DNA of 64,000 nt from a virus: UHGV virus genome UHGV-0248979; one strand, written 5' to 3'. Both the position numbers and the translations under genes were made by a program. Shown here in pieces: positions 29,653 to 38,520 of the stretch. The notes below the pieces were generated by a model that did no database searches, had not been told where the DNA came from, and saw only the letters and a list, made by a program, of their open reading frames with translations. Position 1 is the first letter of the stretch; each line of letters begins with the position of its first letter.

Positions 29653-30319
29653 ATGATAAGTCTTAAAAACATACGCGACAGATTAGTAACGGCGGAGGGA
29701 TATATCACCACCGCTAATGCAAACAACTATATTGCAAACCAAGGAACGGTTTCCTCAACCAACAATCTCGCAGGATTACCTTTAAGTCATTATAATTGTA
29801 ATGGCGGATGTAGTTGGTCGTGCAGCGGTAGCTGTAGTAAGGGGGCGGGGGGGGGTAAGTAAGCCCTCTAGCGGTGGTTCTACGCCAACCCCTTCAAGAC
29901 CAACCTACGACAACAAAGCCGTTGTTTATGTTGAGTCTAAGCTACACGCTAAAGATACTGTTCGTATCAATTTCTCTACTGGGGCTGTCTTTATTCAATG
30001 CGTAACGTTAACCGGTAGAGAGAAACCGATAAGGGTCTTTAAATCGTTACTGTCTGGAAAGTCCTACGCCTACCCTCAAGTTGCAATGGGTAATGGTATC
30101 ACTGTTAATTTTACAGACGCGGCTAGTTTTAAGATAGACTCTATCGGTAATGCATCTTCTGCTTCTATCTCATTAGAAGTATTAAGTAATTCCGGCGGAA
30201 GCATGGCGATTAAGCAGCAACCGAGTAAATCAAACGGCTTTACTGCAGAATTTGAAGTTACCGGCAGGCAATGGCGTGGCGGGTTCTATACCTTGAACGT
30301 CAGATTGACCGTAAAATAA
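29653..30319 (+). CDS. Cys-motif protein 3 with C-terminal domain, reading frame interrupted at a G9 tract
   Basis: ORF 29653..29862 (leader KNIRDRL, core NCNGGCSWSCSGSCS) stops 2 codons after G9 tract 29847..29855; the +1 frame continues to 30319 without its own plausible start; one fewer G fuses them. Confidence 0.4.
29847..29855 (+). repeat. G9 homopolymer tract (preceded by GGGGGC)
   Basis: Direct read of sequence; coincides with frame break. Confidence 0.9.
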
Positions 30320-30331
30320 TTGGAGTAATCA

Positions 30332-31219
30332 ATGAAAAACGATTTGCATTTAGCCTATAAAACAATTTTCAACCACCCACTTCATATTTCTTCCCCCGAT
30401 TCAATACGCGCTCATTTGGAAGATAAAGTTCGTTTGTTAACCCAGTTACCTGGCGAATGGCCCAAAGTGCGTGGTCGTTTTTTTACCGATCGCAATAACT
30501 ATTCAGTAGAAAACACTTTTAAAATACGCGATCTGACAGCAGAAAGCGTAGTGGTGTTTACCGGTGATTCAGATTTACGCGGTAAATTGGTTGACGGTAA
30601 ATATTTCTTTAGTGACGGTATTCTGAATAATTCTGTAGATTTGGAATTGTTCTTTACGCCATTTAAAGAGTTGAATGCGAAGCCTGTAGCACGACGTTGG
30701 TGGTCTCCAGACTATCTTGGTTCATTCCCGTACTTTTATGCCCTGGTTCCTGTAGAAACAAAAAACTATGTTGATACTGAACCGTATATTGAAATAGAAG
30801 GTTACGAGGAACTTGGCATCAACTGTTTAGCAGATCTGATGGCGTACAGTTACAAATTTATGTGGGATCGTGAACGTTCAGTATGGGTTGCCCTTACAGA
30901 TGAACATGAAATCACAAAACGTATTCGTAAACCATGGATGCAGCATTTAATTCAAACACGTATTGGTGAACATCCGTCATCGGAAGCAGATTTAGCGAAA
31001 CTTGTTAGTTTCTTAATGACGAAAGTCACGTTAACTGATGAAGAAAAAGCGGCAGTGTCGGCGGTATTGGAACGTAACGTAACGTTAGCGGATCTAGAAC
31101 GTTTAAACGTGCGTTATAAAGACCTTAATCGTATTATTGAGGCTTACAATTCACCGTTTGTATTAAAACCTGGAGTTAACGCTTACGACGATCCTTTGTT
31201 ATCCATTGGCTATATTTAA
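30332..31219 (+). CDS. hypothetical protein (295 aa) within radical SAM cluster
   Basis: GGAG RBS 7 nt upstream; no recognisable motif. Confidence 0.55.
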   Translation: MKNDLHLAYKTIFNHPLHISSPDSIRAHLEDKVRLLTQLPGEWPKVRGRFFTDRNNYSVENTFKIRDLTAESVVVFTGDSDLRGKLVDGKYFFSDGILNNSVDLELFFTPFKELNAKPVARRWWSPDYLGSFPYFYALVPVETKNYVDTEPYIEIEGYEELGINCLADLMAYSYKFMWDRERSVWVALTDEHEITKRIRKPWMQHLIQTRIGEHPSSEADLAKLVSFLMTKVTLTDEEKAAVSAVLERNVTLADLERLNVRYKDLNRIIEAYNSPFVLKPGVNAYDDPLLSIGYI

Positions 31220-31226
31220 AAAATAG

Positions 31227-32165
31227 ATGGACTCACCTGCAATGACAACCGACGTAGAGCCAAGGTTATCGAATCGTTTATACAATAAACCCACCGTATT
31301 GTCCGTAGTTGCTACATCCAAATGTAATCTGGACTGTAGCTTCTGCGGCGGAGCCTATTACATGCATCGTGAAGATTCTCCGCGAGAGTTTCAACGTGAA
31401 CGAATTTTGAAAGCGTTGGCGTCTAACCCAACCATTACTGAAATTCAGTGGACTGGCGGTGAACCGCTACTGGCAACTCGAAAGATTGAGGCGTTTGTCG
31501 ACGAATTAAAAACGATCCGTCCTGAACTCAAACACCAGATGTTCACGAACGGTTTAAAAATGCGTAAATCGCATCTACCGTTGTTAAAACAATTCGATGG
31601 TATATATGTTAGCATCGATGGGTTTAATCTTTCTGAACGGCCTTTTAAGCGCTTTATTGATGATAATTGTCATGAAGCGTTAGAAGTAATTTACAGCTTG
31701 AATAATGTTAACACCTGGGCTGTTGTTACGAGGGAGAATTTATCCAATAAAAGATGGCATGAAGATATCATTCAATTACATACTGCTATCTATCATTACG
31801 GTTTTCGTTCCATGTCCTTATTACTAGATAAAAACATGCCAAAACCGTTATCTCCCGATCACGTTATGAACTTTATTTACGGGTATTTTAGAATTCAGGA
31901 GAATATAGAAAGATTAAACGTTCTAAATTCTAGAGACTGCGGTTTTATTGTAAACAGATTCTTCGATCATGCTTGTAATGTCTGTAGCGAAAGTCTCAGG
32001 ATAGACGCGGACGGGGAAGAAAACCAACTTAAAAATGTACCAATAACTACAAAAGCAGGGTGTAACCAACTAGCCTCCTCAATAGGTGTAGAAGCTTACG
32101 AGTACATTCGTCGTGTAGTGATGGCAGAGCGTAATAGAGGGGCGGAAAATGAGTCAAGAAAATAG
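31227..32165 (+). CDS. radical SAM enzyme 2 (paralog of enzyme 1)
   Basis: CNLDCSFCGG motif; three blocks of identical nucleotide sequence shared with 28278..29192. Confidence 0.7.
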   Translation: MDSPAMTTDVEPRLSNRLYNKPTVLSVVATSKCNLDCSFCGGAYYMHREDSPREFQRERILKALASNPTITEIQWTGGEPLLATRKIEAFVDELKTIRPELKHQMFTNGLKMRKSHLPLLKQFDGIYVSIDGFNLSERPFKRFIDDNCHEALEVIYSLNNVNTWAVVTRENLSNKRWHEDIIQLHTAIYHYGFRSMSLLLDKNMPKPLSPDHVMNFIYGYFRIQENIERLNVLNSRDCGFIVNRFFDHACNVCSESLRIDADGEENQLKNVPITTKAGCNQLASSIGVEAYEYIRRVVMAERNRGAENESRK

Positions 32166-33471
32166 TTATCCTAAACAACTGACTTATCAAATTGTTACAA
32201 ATTTATCGTGTAACTTGGACTGTGAGTATTGTTACGAACGTAAGTATCCCCGTAATAACAAAGCGGCGGATATTGTTGATTTTCTACACGCTTGTTTTGA
32301 ACGAGATAAAGATCTGACAAACATCGAGGTCGTTATCGATATCATCGGTGGTGAGCCGTTTATTCAGCCTAAACTATTAAAGGCGGCATTTGAAACCGCA
32401 GAAGAGTTATGCGAAAAACATAATCGGCCGTTTATGTTTAGCATCTCTACTAACGGAACGTTGTTAGATAGACCTTTGAATAGAGAAATTATTGAACGTT
32501 GGAAAGACAGGCTGTCTATCGGCGTGTCTATTGATGGATTGCCCGAATCGCACGATAAGTACCGGATTTTTACAACAACTCGTGAAGGATCTTACGAGGC
32601 CGCTGTGCGGGGCTATAACTACTTAAAAGAAGTCGGTATTGCAGAACTTGGTGTAAAAGCGACCTTTACGTTGGAAACGTTACCGTTCTATGCTGCTGGA
32701 ATGAAATCATTAATTGATATTACTGGCGGCGGAACTATTTCTGGCAACGTAACCTTCGAAGACATTATGCCACGGAGCATGGCTACTTCAATCGCATTGC
32801 AGATGATGGACGTGGTAGATTATTGGGTTGAGAAGGGCTTACACACCAACCCACGTAACACTTTGTCGCACATCATTCCAGACGGGTTAGATTTTGATAC
32901 TATCTGGGAACCAAACTGGCGTGATCAGTTATTGTATAACGATACTGTACGTTTGAATCCAGAACGTTTACGCCCGTTCTGCGGTACGTTAACACACATG
33001 ACCTGCTTAGGATTTGATCGTAAGATCTTCGGTTGTAACCGTTTCATGTCAACCGTAACATCACGTTCTGCCGTATTTGAATTAGTTGGGCGGGAATTCG
33101 TTAGCTTAGATGACGGGAAATTGCTGGAAGAGATTCAGACGCAATACACCAACTATCCTGAAACCTGTTTAGGTTGTCCAATGAAGCACGCTTGTGGTAG
33201 TTGTGCGGCTGCATCTTACGAGAATGGAGAAGGGACGCTAGAAGATCGCAAAGCTTATCACGCTGAACGCCGTCAATGCGGCTGGACAACTGCAAAGTTG
33301 ATGGTTGCGGAATATTGGAAACAGAAAATGGGCACGACGTCAGTGAAAGATTTTCATGACAATAGCATGTGTTATTGCCCTCGTTGCGTACGTGAACGTA
33401 CCCAGAAAGAAAAACAATTGAGAGAAACCAAAGATGAAGCCAATTCTGATCCACAATATTACGAAGCGTAA
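32149..33471 (+). CDS. radical SAM enzyme 3 with C-terminal SPASM-like Cys-rich domain
   Basis: CNLDCEYC motif, GGEP motif, C-terminal CLGCPMKHACGSC and further Cys pairs resembling SPASM/twitch auxiliary cluster domain. Confidence 0.7.
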   Translation: MSQENSYPKQLTYQIVTNLSCNLDCEYCYERKYPRNNKAADIVDFLHACFERDKDLTNIEVVIDIIGGEPFIQPKLLKAAFETAEELCEKHNRPFMFSISTNGTLLDRPLNREIIERWKDRLSIGVSIDGLPESHDKYRIFTTTREGSYEAAVRGYNYLKEVGIAELGVKATFTLETLPFYAAGMKSLIDITGGGTISGNVTFEDIMPRSMATSIALQMMDVVDYWVEKGLHTNPRNTLSHIIPDGLDFDTIWEPNWRDQLLYNDTVRLNPERLRPFCGTLTHMTCLGFDRKIFGCNRFMSTVTSRSAVFELVGREFVSLDDGKLLEEIQTQYTNYPETCLGCPMKHACGSCAAASYENGEGTLEDRKAYHAERRQCGWTTAKLMVAEYWKQKMGTTSVKDFHDNSMCYCPRCVRERTQKEKQLRETKDEANSDPQYYEA

Positions 33472-34006
33472 ATTCCGTTTTCTGGAAAAATTTTTAGAAA
33501 CTACAAAATTGTTTGGTTGTTATGTGCAAATTAATGGTGAAGACTTCACTGACGATGTTAAACGATTATTAATTCGCCACGGAGTAACTGTAGTTATCCC
33601 AATGTATTGCACAGAACTCACCGATCTTTCAGTTACAGAAATTGAGAAACGGAATCCTGGGTTTGAACAACGTGTACTAGATTTTCCACGACATAAAATC
33701 GTGCTATTACGCAGGGCCTTGCAAGAACCAAGCGTCGAATCTATAACAGCATTAGGATTATCCTTTCCGGGCATCACGATTTACGCAATGCGGAATCCAG
33801 ATTCTACTATCGATGGATTTTACGAGGAACGTGAAGCGTTCCATGATTTAATTTATCCTGAACTTACCGATGAAGAACGACAAGGATTACACATCGATTG
33901 GGATTCTGGTTTTGATAACAAATTTCGCCAAATCGATTTTGAATTGTTAATTGAGCTAGGTTTAGTTAAAGGAGAAGATGAATGTCTGTTATTGACGAAG
34001 GCTTAA
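33434..34006 (+). CDS. hypothetical protein (190 aa)
   Basis: ORF track; overlaps upstream gene end. Confidence 0.5.
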   Translation: MKPILIHNITKRKFRFLEKFLETTKLFGCYVQINGEDFTDDVKRLLIRHGVTVVIPMYCTELTDLSVTEIEKRNPGFEQRVLDFPRHKIVLLRRALQEPSVESITALGLSFPGITIYAMRNPDSTIDGFYEEREAFHDLIYPELTDEERQGLHIDWDSGFDNKFRQIDFELLIELGLVKGEDECLLLTKA

Positions 34007-34656
34007 CGAAAGAGGAAATACGTCAACGTTATTTCTCACGAGGGCTTCCAATCGATCGCCACGGTAATTACATGGAACGAATTGGCAACGAGGATCGTGG
34101 TCGTGCGGGTTTTTGTGCGCTTCTACACTACAAATTAATCGATGGGTTGGAAGATAAGGCCGCAATCGAACAGATGCGTAGTTACGATATGTCGGAGATT
34201 GAGGCTAATTTCACTCTACAGAAAGCGAAAGAATTTATCGCTGATGTTCTTGAGATTGATTTAGAAGAAATACGAAACAACGTTCGATCAACTGCACGTT
34301 ATATCTATCAAGATGTTCAGAAAATCATGATAGAGATGGAACGTCTTTATGAGGAACAGCGTTATGCGCCCATTAAGTTAAATGGGTGTTATTTCCAAGC
34401 AGACGACGCATCGCGACAGATGTTAAGTCAGTATATTCAGTCTGAAACCGCCCCGGAATATTGGTTGGATACGTCGAATGCACGAATAGAACCGTTCACG
34501 TTGGAACAATGCAAAGAACTGATGGCAGCGATTGTGAAACGTGATCAGAAATTGCATGGGCAGAAAACCGAGCAGAAAAAAGAGCTTCGGCTTTTAGCCG
34601 AGCGGCGTGATTATGATACCATCCGAGCGTACGCTTTGGAAATGGGGATAAAATAA
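33982..34656 (+). CDS. hypothetical protein (224 aa)
   Basis: AAAGGAGAAG RBS; last gene before bidirectional terminator. Confidence 0.5.
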   Translation: MSVIDEGLTKEEIRQRYFSRGLPIDRHGNYMERIGNEDRGRAGFCALLHYKLIDGLEDKAAIEQMRSYDMSEIEANFTLQKAKEFIADVLEIDLEEIRNNVRSTARYIYQDVQKIMIEMERLYEEQRYAPIKLNGCYFQADDASRQMLSQYIQSETAPEYWLDTSNARIEPFTLEQCKELMAAIVKRDQKLHGQKTEQKKELRLLAERRDYDTIRAYALEMGIK

Positions 34657-34704
34657 AAAAGTACCTACCTCCGTAAAGGAGGTAGGTAAACTTATTATTT
34701 TTTG
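34650..34704. terminator. bidirectional rho-independent terminator
   Basis: TACCTACCTCC-GTAAA-GGAGGTAGGTA hairpin flanked by A-tract and T-tract; between convergent genes. Confidence 0.6.
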
Positions 34705-34725
34705 TTGTAGTAGTTGACTTAGCGA

Positions 34726-35256
34726 TTAAGCAGTAAAGCCGTCAAGTTCACCGTCGGTGGTGGCCAGGTCAATACGATTATCAACAACTTTCGGCGTAAT
34801 TACGAAAGTTGCCATTACACCCGGTTTATAACGGAGGTTCTTTTCAGTAACGGTACAAGTTACCGTACGCAGAGTGACGCTATCGTGTTCGTCTTTCTGG
34901 TCTTCGGTGGTGTACTCAACGTCACCAGGTGCGATAGAGTCGTCAGGTTTTACTTTATTGATGTAAAACTGTAATCGGTCGCGTAGTTCGTTTTCTCCAG
35001 TCCAGAGAGCCAAATCGTCCGTTACCTCAATGCGTCCGACAACGCCAGGTTCCAGACGATCGTAATGCAGTTCGATTGCGCCTTTAAAATTTTCAGACTC
35101 TGTACGTGCGGTCATGGTAACTTTGGTATTTTTATCGCCCTTTTCAAGAGCGACAGGTTGACCAAAAGTTACCTCTTTATCAGTGACCTGATGCGGTAGC
35201 TCTGTGTTAGCAGCATTATAAAGCGCAACTAACATCATCTGGTTAGTAGCTGCCAT
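34726..35256 (-). CDS. hypothetical protein, small paralog family A (C-terminal GELDGFTA)
   Basis: Shares N-terminal and C-terminal segments with 35324..35854. Confidence 0.55.
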   Translation of the reverse strand: MAATNQMMLVALYNAANTELPHQVTDKEVTFGQPVALEKGDKNTKVTMTARTESENFKGAIELHYDRLEPGVVGRIEVTDDLALWTGENELRDRLQFYINKVKPDDSIAPGDVEYTTEDQKDEHDSVTLRTVTCTVTEKNLRYKPGVMATFVITPKVVDNRIDLATTDGELDGFTA

Positions 35257-35290
35257 TATCTTAAATCCTTAAAATGAAAGTTAAAGAAAT

Positions 35291-35320
35291 ATCGGGGGAG
35301 GTTACCACCCCCCCCCGAAT
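35291..35320 (-). terminator. putative hairpin/terminator containing C9 tract
   Basis: TCGGGGG...CCCCCGA pairing around a 9-nt homopolymer, followed on minus strand by TATTTCTTT. Confidence 0.3.
35308..35316. repeat. C9 homopolymer tract (intergenic)
   Basis: Direct read. Confidence 0.9.
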
Positions 35321-35323
35321 CAA

Positions 35324-35854
35324 TTACTCTTTAGGCGCTGGTGCGGTGAAGCCATCCAGTTCACCTTCCAAACCGCTCAGTGCTACTTTCTCAATAGCCG
35401 GAGGAGTAACTTTATACGTTGCAACAGTACCTGGCAGGAACTTCAGGTGTCCAGTCACAACAGTTACTACGTAAATGGTTTTGCCTTCTTCTTCACGGGA
35501 AATAGTTTGCAGGTCGTTTTCACCGAACTCGTCATCGGTGTACCCCTTCTCAACCATGGCTGCGTTAACTTTTGCCAGGATTTTCGTTGGTGAATCGAAA
35601 TCGGTAGTAGGTGCAGTTACTTCAACTTCACCAACGATGTCGCAGGAAAGACGAGTATAGTGGAATTCTTTCTCGCCTTTGAAGTTCTGGCTTTCTGCCT
35701 TGGCGGTCAGAGTAATTTTAGTGTTGCGGCCAGCTTCTCCGGTGAAGTCAGCGACAGCACTAAAGTCAACATCAGCTACGGTGAGAGCGGAGCTCAGAGA
35801 GCTGTTTTTAGTGTTAATAAGTTCGATAAGCTGCTGTTGAAAAGTTTTAGCCAT
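35324..35854 (-). CDS. hypothetical protein, small paralog family A
   Basis: Start moved to ATG 35854 (GAGGT RBS); MAKTFQQQLIELINTKN aligns with the 34726 gene's N-terminus. Confidence 0.55.
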   Translation of the reverse strand: MAKTFQQQLIELINTKNSSLSSALTVADVDFSAVADFTGEAGRNTKITLTAKAESQNFKGEKEFHYTRLSCDIVGEVEVTAPTTDFDSPTKILAKVNAAMVEKGYTDDEFGENDLQTISREEEGKTIYVVTVVTGHLKFLPGTVATYKVTPPAIEKVALSGLEGELDGFTAPAPKE

Positions 35855-35994
35855 TGTTTTTACCTCGTAAGTAGTATGGGTGGTTTGCATAGTATTGTTC
35901 GGATTATAGAAGTGGTGTTAATAGTTATGACAGGCGGCAGAAGGGTTGCTTGTAAAATTAATTAACTTTAACTTTTTTATAAAAGGTGAAAAGT

Positions 35995-36477
35995 ATGATA
36001 AAACGTTTTCTTATTGTTATGGTTGGTGTTTTTTCATTGGCAGGATGTGCCTTACAACCGAATGGTGACGGCCAATTCTCGACTGTGCCGGTGGAGCCAC
36101 ATGATATGGTTATTTACACCTGTATGGGTGCAGAGCAAGATTTTGCAAATTACAAACCTGTCGTCAGCTCGACTAATATAATGTTAGGGTCAGTAACTGT
36201 ACTCGATACTGGTGCTAACTGGGTAGCCACTTGGCCAAACGGCAAGATTGAGTCGCCGCAACTTTATAAAGATTTATTAGGTAAAGTTAATGGGAATATT
36301 GATCCTATCACAGGACAACGTTACTATCGTGTAAATGGCTTACTTTCAAAAACGCCAACGTTTGCGTATTCTACTTTAGAATATAAAACGGGTGATGGTA
36401 AAGGCATTACTTTCTTCCACTGTAAAGAAGGTGTAGCGTCTGACACTGGAACAATGCTCCATCCTGCGGAACAATAA
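35995..36477 (+). CDS. lipoprotein (lipobox LAGC)
   Basis: MIKRFLIVMVGVFSLAGC signal with lipobox; AGGTGA RBS; lone plus-strand gene among minus-strand genes, terminator downstream. Confidence 0.6.
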   Translation: MIKRFLIVMVGVFSLAGCALQPNGDGQFSTVPVEPHDMVIYTCMGAEQDFANYKPVVSSTNIMLGSVTVLDTGANWVATWPNGKIESPQLYKDLLGKVNGNIDPITGQRYYRVNGLLSKTPTFAYSTLEYKTGDGKGITFFHCKEGVASDTGTMLHPAEQ

Positions 36478-36520
36478 AAACTACCCTACTCCTTATCGGG
36501 AGTAGGGTATATTCATTTTA
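36470..36520. terminator. bidirectional rho-independent terminator
   Basis: TACCCTACTCC-TTATC-GGGAGTAGGGTA hairpin with flanking A and T tracts. Confidence 0.6.
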
Positions 36521-36592
36521 ACCGCCAAATCGTGCGTAAAACGCATTCTGAGCGTCTTTATACAAAATAAGGTATAAACACCTTAGAAATAG

Positions 36593-37108
36593 TTAAATCT
36601 CGACTAAGGCGCTCCAATCGATTGGTTTTTGCTTAACAACTTTCACAGTACCACGATTTGGTGACCAGAAAGTAATGTTAGGCTGGTTACGAACGTCAAT
36701 GTGCAACCAACTGATGTCACATTCAATAAAGTGAATGAACGGAAACTCGTCAGGGTTAGCAGCGATATAGTCGTGAACCTGTTTTACGGTGCTATCCAAC
36801 AACGTTGCATCAATGGCGTTACCGAATTTGTGTTGACTTCCTGAATCGGCGTAAAGCTGCAACGCACGTTGTTTATAACTACCACCCTTAGGCTTTTCTT
36901 GATTAATAAAGAAATCTAAGGTTCTTAGTCCGCGCTGTTGTGCGGCAGTTGAGTTAATCACCATTCTGCCGAAACGATTACGAATCTGTTGTAGGGAGAT
37001 CATTAACAACGGATTCATAAACCGAATTGCGGAATCGCCGTATTTGGCAATATAGGACTGTGGTACTAACTCTCTGAGTTTAAAGTTACTCGGATTTGGA
37101 TGAAACAT
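36593..37108 (-). CDS. putative zinc peptidase M15-like cell-wall hydrolase
   Basis: SQHKFGNAIDA fits the S.H..G.A.D motif of M15 peptidases, plus downstream WLHIDVR; assignment from memory of motif only. Confidence 0.35.
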   Translation of the reverse strand: MFHPNPSNFKLRELVPQSYIAKYGDSAIRFMNPLLMISLQQIRNRFGRMVINSTAAQQRGLRTLDFFINQEKPKGGSYKQRALQLYADSGSQHKFGNAIDATLLDSTVKQVHDYIAANPDEFPFIHFIECDISWLHIDVRNQPNITFWSPNRGTVKVVKQKPIDWSALVEI

Positions 37109-37751
37109 CTTCCCTCCCAGACAGAAAAGCCCGTTTGATGTTCAGGTATTTGACATTAACGGGACAATCTGTGGTGATATCAATACGTTCGTGGTCAGGG
37201 ATTGCAGGTTCCTTAAACTCGCGAACGAATAAATAGTTTCGATTGTAATCTAACGTACGAAACGCGTTAGTGCTGTAGGATGGCTTTGCATTAGGATCTA
37301 CGTAGGCATCCCAGCCGAATTCAACAACGGCCTTATAAAATGTTTGGCAGATATAAGGCGAGATTTCCAACGACTGCATAATACGCAGGAAAGTTAAGTC
37401 AGAGAACTCTTTATCGATGAAACGCGAAACGTTACCACCCGGTGTCATGGGATAGCTACGCTCCGTGTTGCATTTTTGATAGAGTAAGTCGTGAATACAG
37501 GCCGCAGGTGCCCACGGTCCGTCAGGATGGAAAATTCCCTGGAGGTGATCAGGAATTGACGCTAAATCGGTAACGAACCCTTTCGGTGCTGTTAACCACA
37601 GTTGCGTGTCAGGCAATACACCCGTTAAATAAACCGCACGGTCTAAGTGTACGTGGTCGTGATAAATCTCGCGTAACGTAAACGGATAATGGTAATCCTC
37701 CGTTAATACAAACCACTTATTGTCTAAACGTTTATATTGAAGCTTCTCCAT
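37086..37751 (-). CDS. hypothetical protein, possibly DUF1353-like
   Basis: GFVTDLASIP...AAC.HDLLY resembles the DUF1353 motif; start moved to ATG 37751 after GGAAGGTG. Confidence 0.35.
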   Translation of the reverse strand: MEKLQYKRLDNKWFVLTEDYHYPFTLREIYHDHVHLDRAVYLTGVLPDTQLWLTAPKGFVTDLASIPDHLQGIFHPDGPWAPAACIHDLLYQKCNTERSYPMTPGGNVSRFIDKEFSDLTFLRIMQSLEISPYICQTFYKAVVEFGWDAYVDPNAKPSYSTNAFRTLDYNRNYLFVREFKEPAIPDHERIDITTDCPVNVKYLNIKRAFLSGREDVSSKSE

Positions 37752-37867
37752 TACCCACACCTTCCCTTATAGAAACCAGAAAAATTCGTACCCACGCTTT
37801 TCGTCTTTACGTTTCCGTCCAGACGTTAACGCTTTCCACAATAGTGCTAAGAGTTTAGCAAACCAAT

Positions 37868-38458
37868 TCATTTTACTAACCCCGCCTTCACTACATAATC
37901 CGGCATTTCCCTGTACACGCGTCCGTACCAGCCGTAAGCGAATTTTTCATTCTTCTTACGCTTTTCGGAGATTTCCGTGTAGTAGGTTACCTGATGTGAG
38001 ATTAACGCAAAGATTAAGATGCCTAATCCCTCGCCTTTACGGTAATTCAGATAAGCATTCAGAGCACCTAGTGTTTTAGGTCCCATACCACCATCGGTGT
38101 CAATATCTGCGTAAAGTTTCCCTTCGTTATTTAAAACGTTGAGAATACGTTGTAACGATTTCACACAGTTAACACGGCCAGAGTTAATACCAAAATCAAA
38201 CATCCTGTCGGCGAGTATCGGCGAGATAGCGAAAATCTCATCGAGTTTAAGTTTCTTCCACCAACCACGATCGTAAATATCAAACGCTTGCGCACGGGTC
38301 AGATCTTTCATTCTTCCTTTGTACCCGTATTCGCGTGCAGTTGTCAGTGTTACCCCGTGACAGGTTTCCCCACCTTTATCGTCAGGGTCATTGACGTACC
38401 CACCCTCTAAATCTGTTTTTGATTCAATAATACCTTCTTTAGTCCAACGTTCGGCCAT
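37868..38458 (-). CDS. GH108-family lysozyme-like endolysin with C-terminal peptidoglycan-binding region
   Basis: N-terminal LEGGYVNDPDDKGGETCHGVT and downstream GKLYADIDTDGGMGPKTLGAL...GWYGRV match the GH108 plus PG-binding architecture. Confidence 0.7.
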   Translation of the reverse strand: MAERWTKEGIIESKTDLEGGYVNDPDDKGGETCHGVTLTTAREYGYKGRMKDLTRAQAFDIYDRGWWKKLKLDEIFAISPILADRMFDFGINSGRVNCVKSLQRILNVLNNEGKLYADIDTDGGMGPKTLGALNAYLNYRKGEGLGILIFALISHQVTYYTEISEKRKKNEKFAYGWYGRVYREMPDYVVKAGLVK

Positions 38459-38482
38459 TTTCTTTAACTCCTCTTTTTACAC

Positions 38483-38516
38483 AAAAAAAGAAAAGAGGGT
38501 GGGATTACCCCACCCT
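38483..38516 (-). terminator. rho-independent terminator
   Basis: GGGTGGG-ATTAC-CCCACCC hairpin plus T-rich tract on minus strand. Confidence 0.6.
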
Positions 38517-38520
38517 GTAG

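Noticed and set aside
29321-29656. Alternative-frame ORFs over Cys-rich gene 2 (29321..29656 plus, 29354..29611 and 29394..29591 minus)
   Set aside because: Products of the GC-rich repetitive Cys/Gly/Ser codon region; the Cys-rich frame has a proper start and conserved motif.
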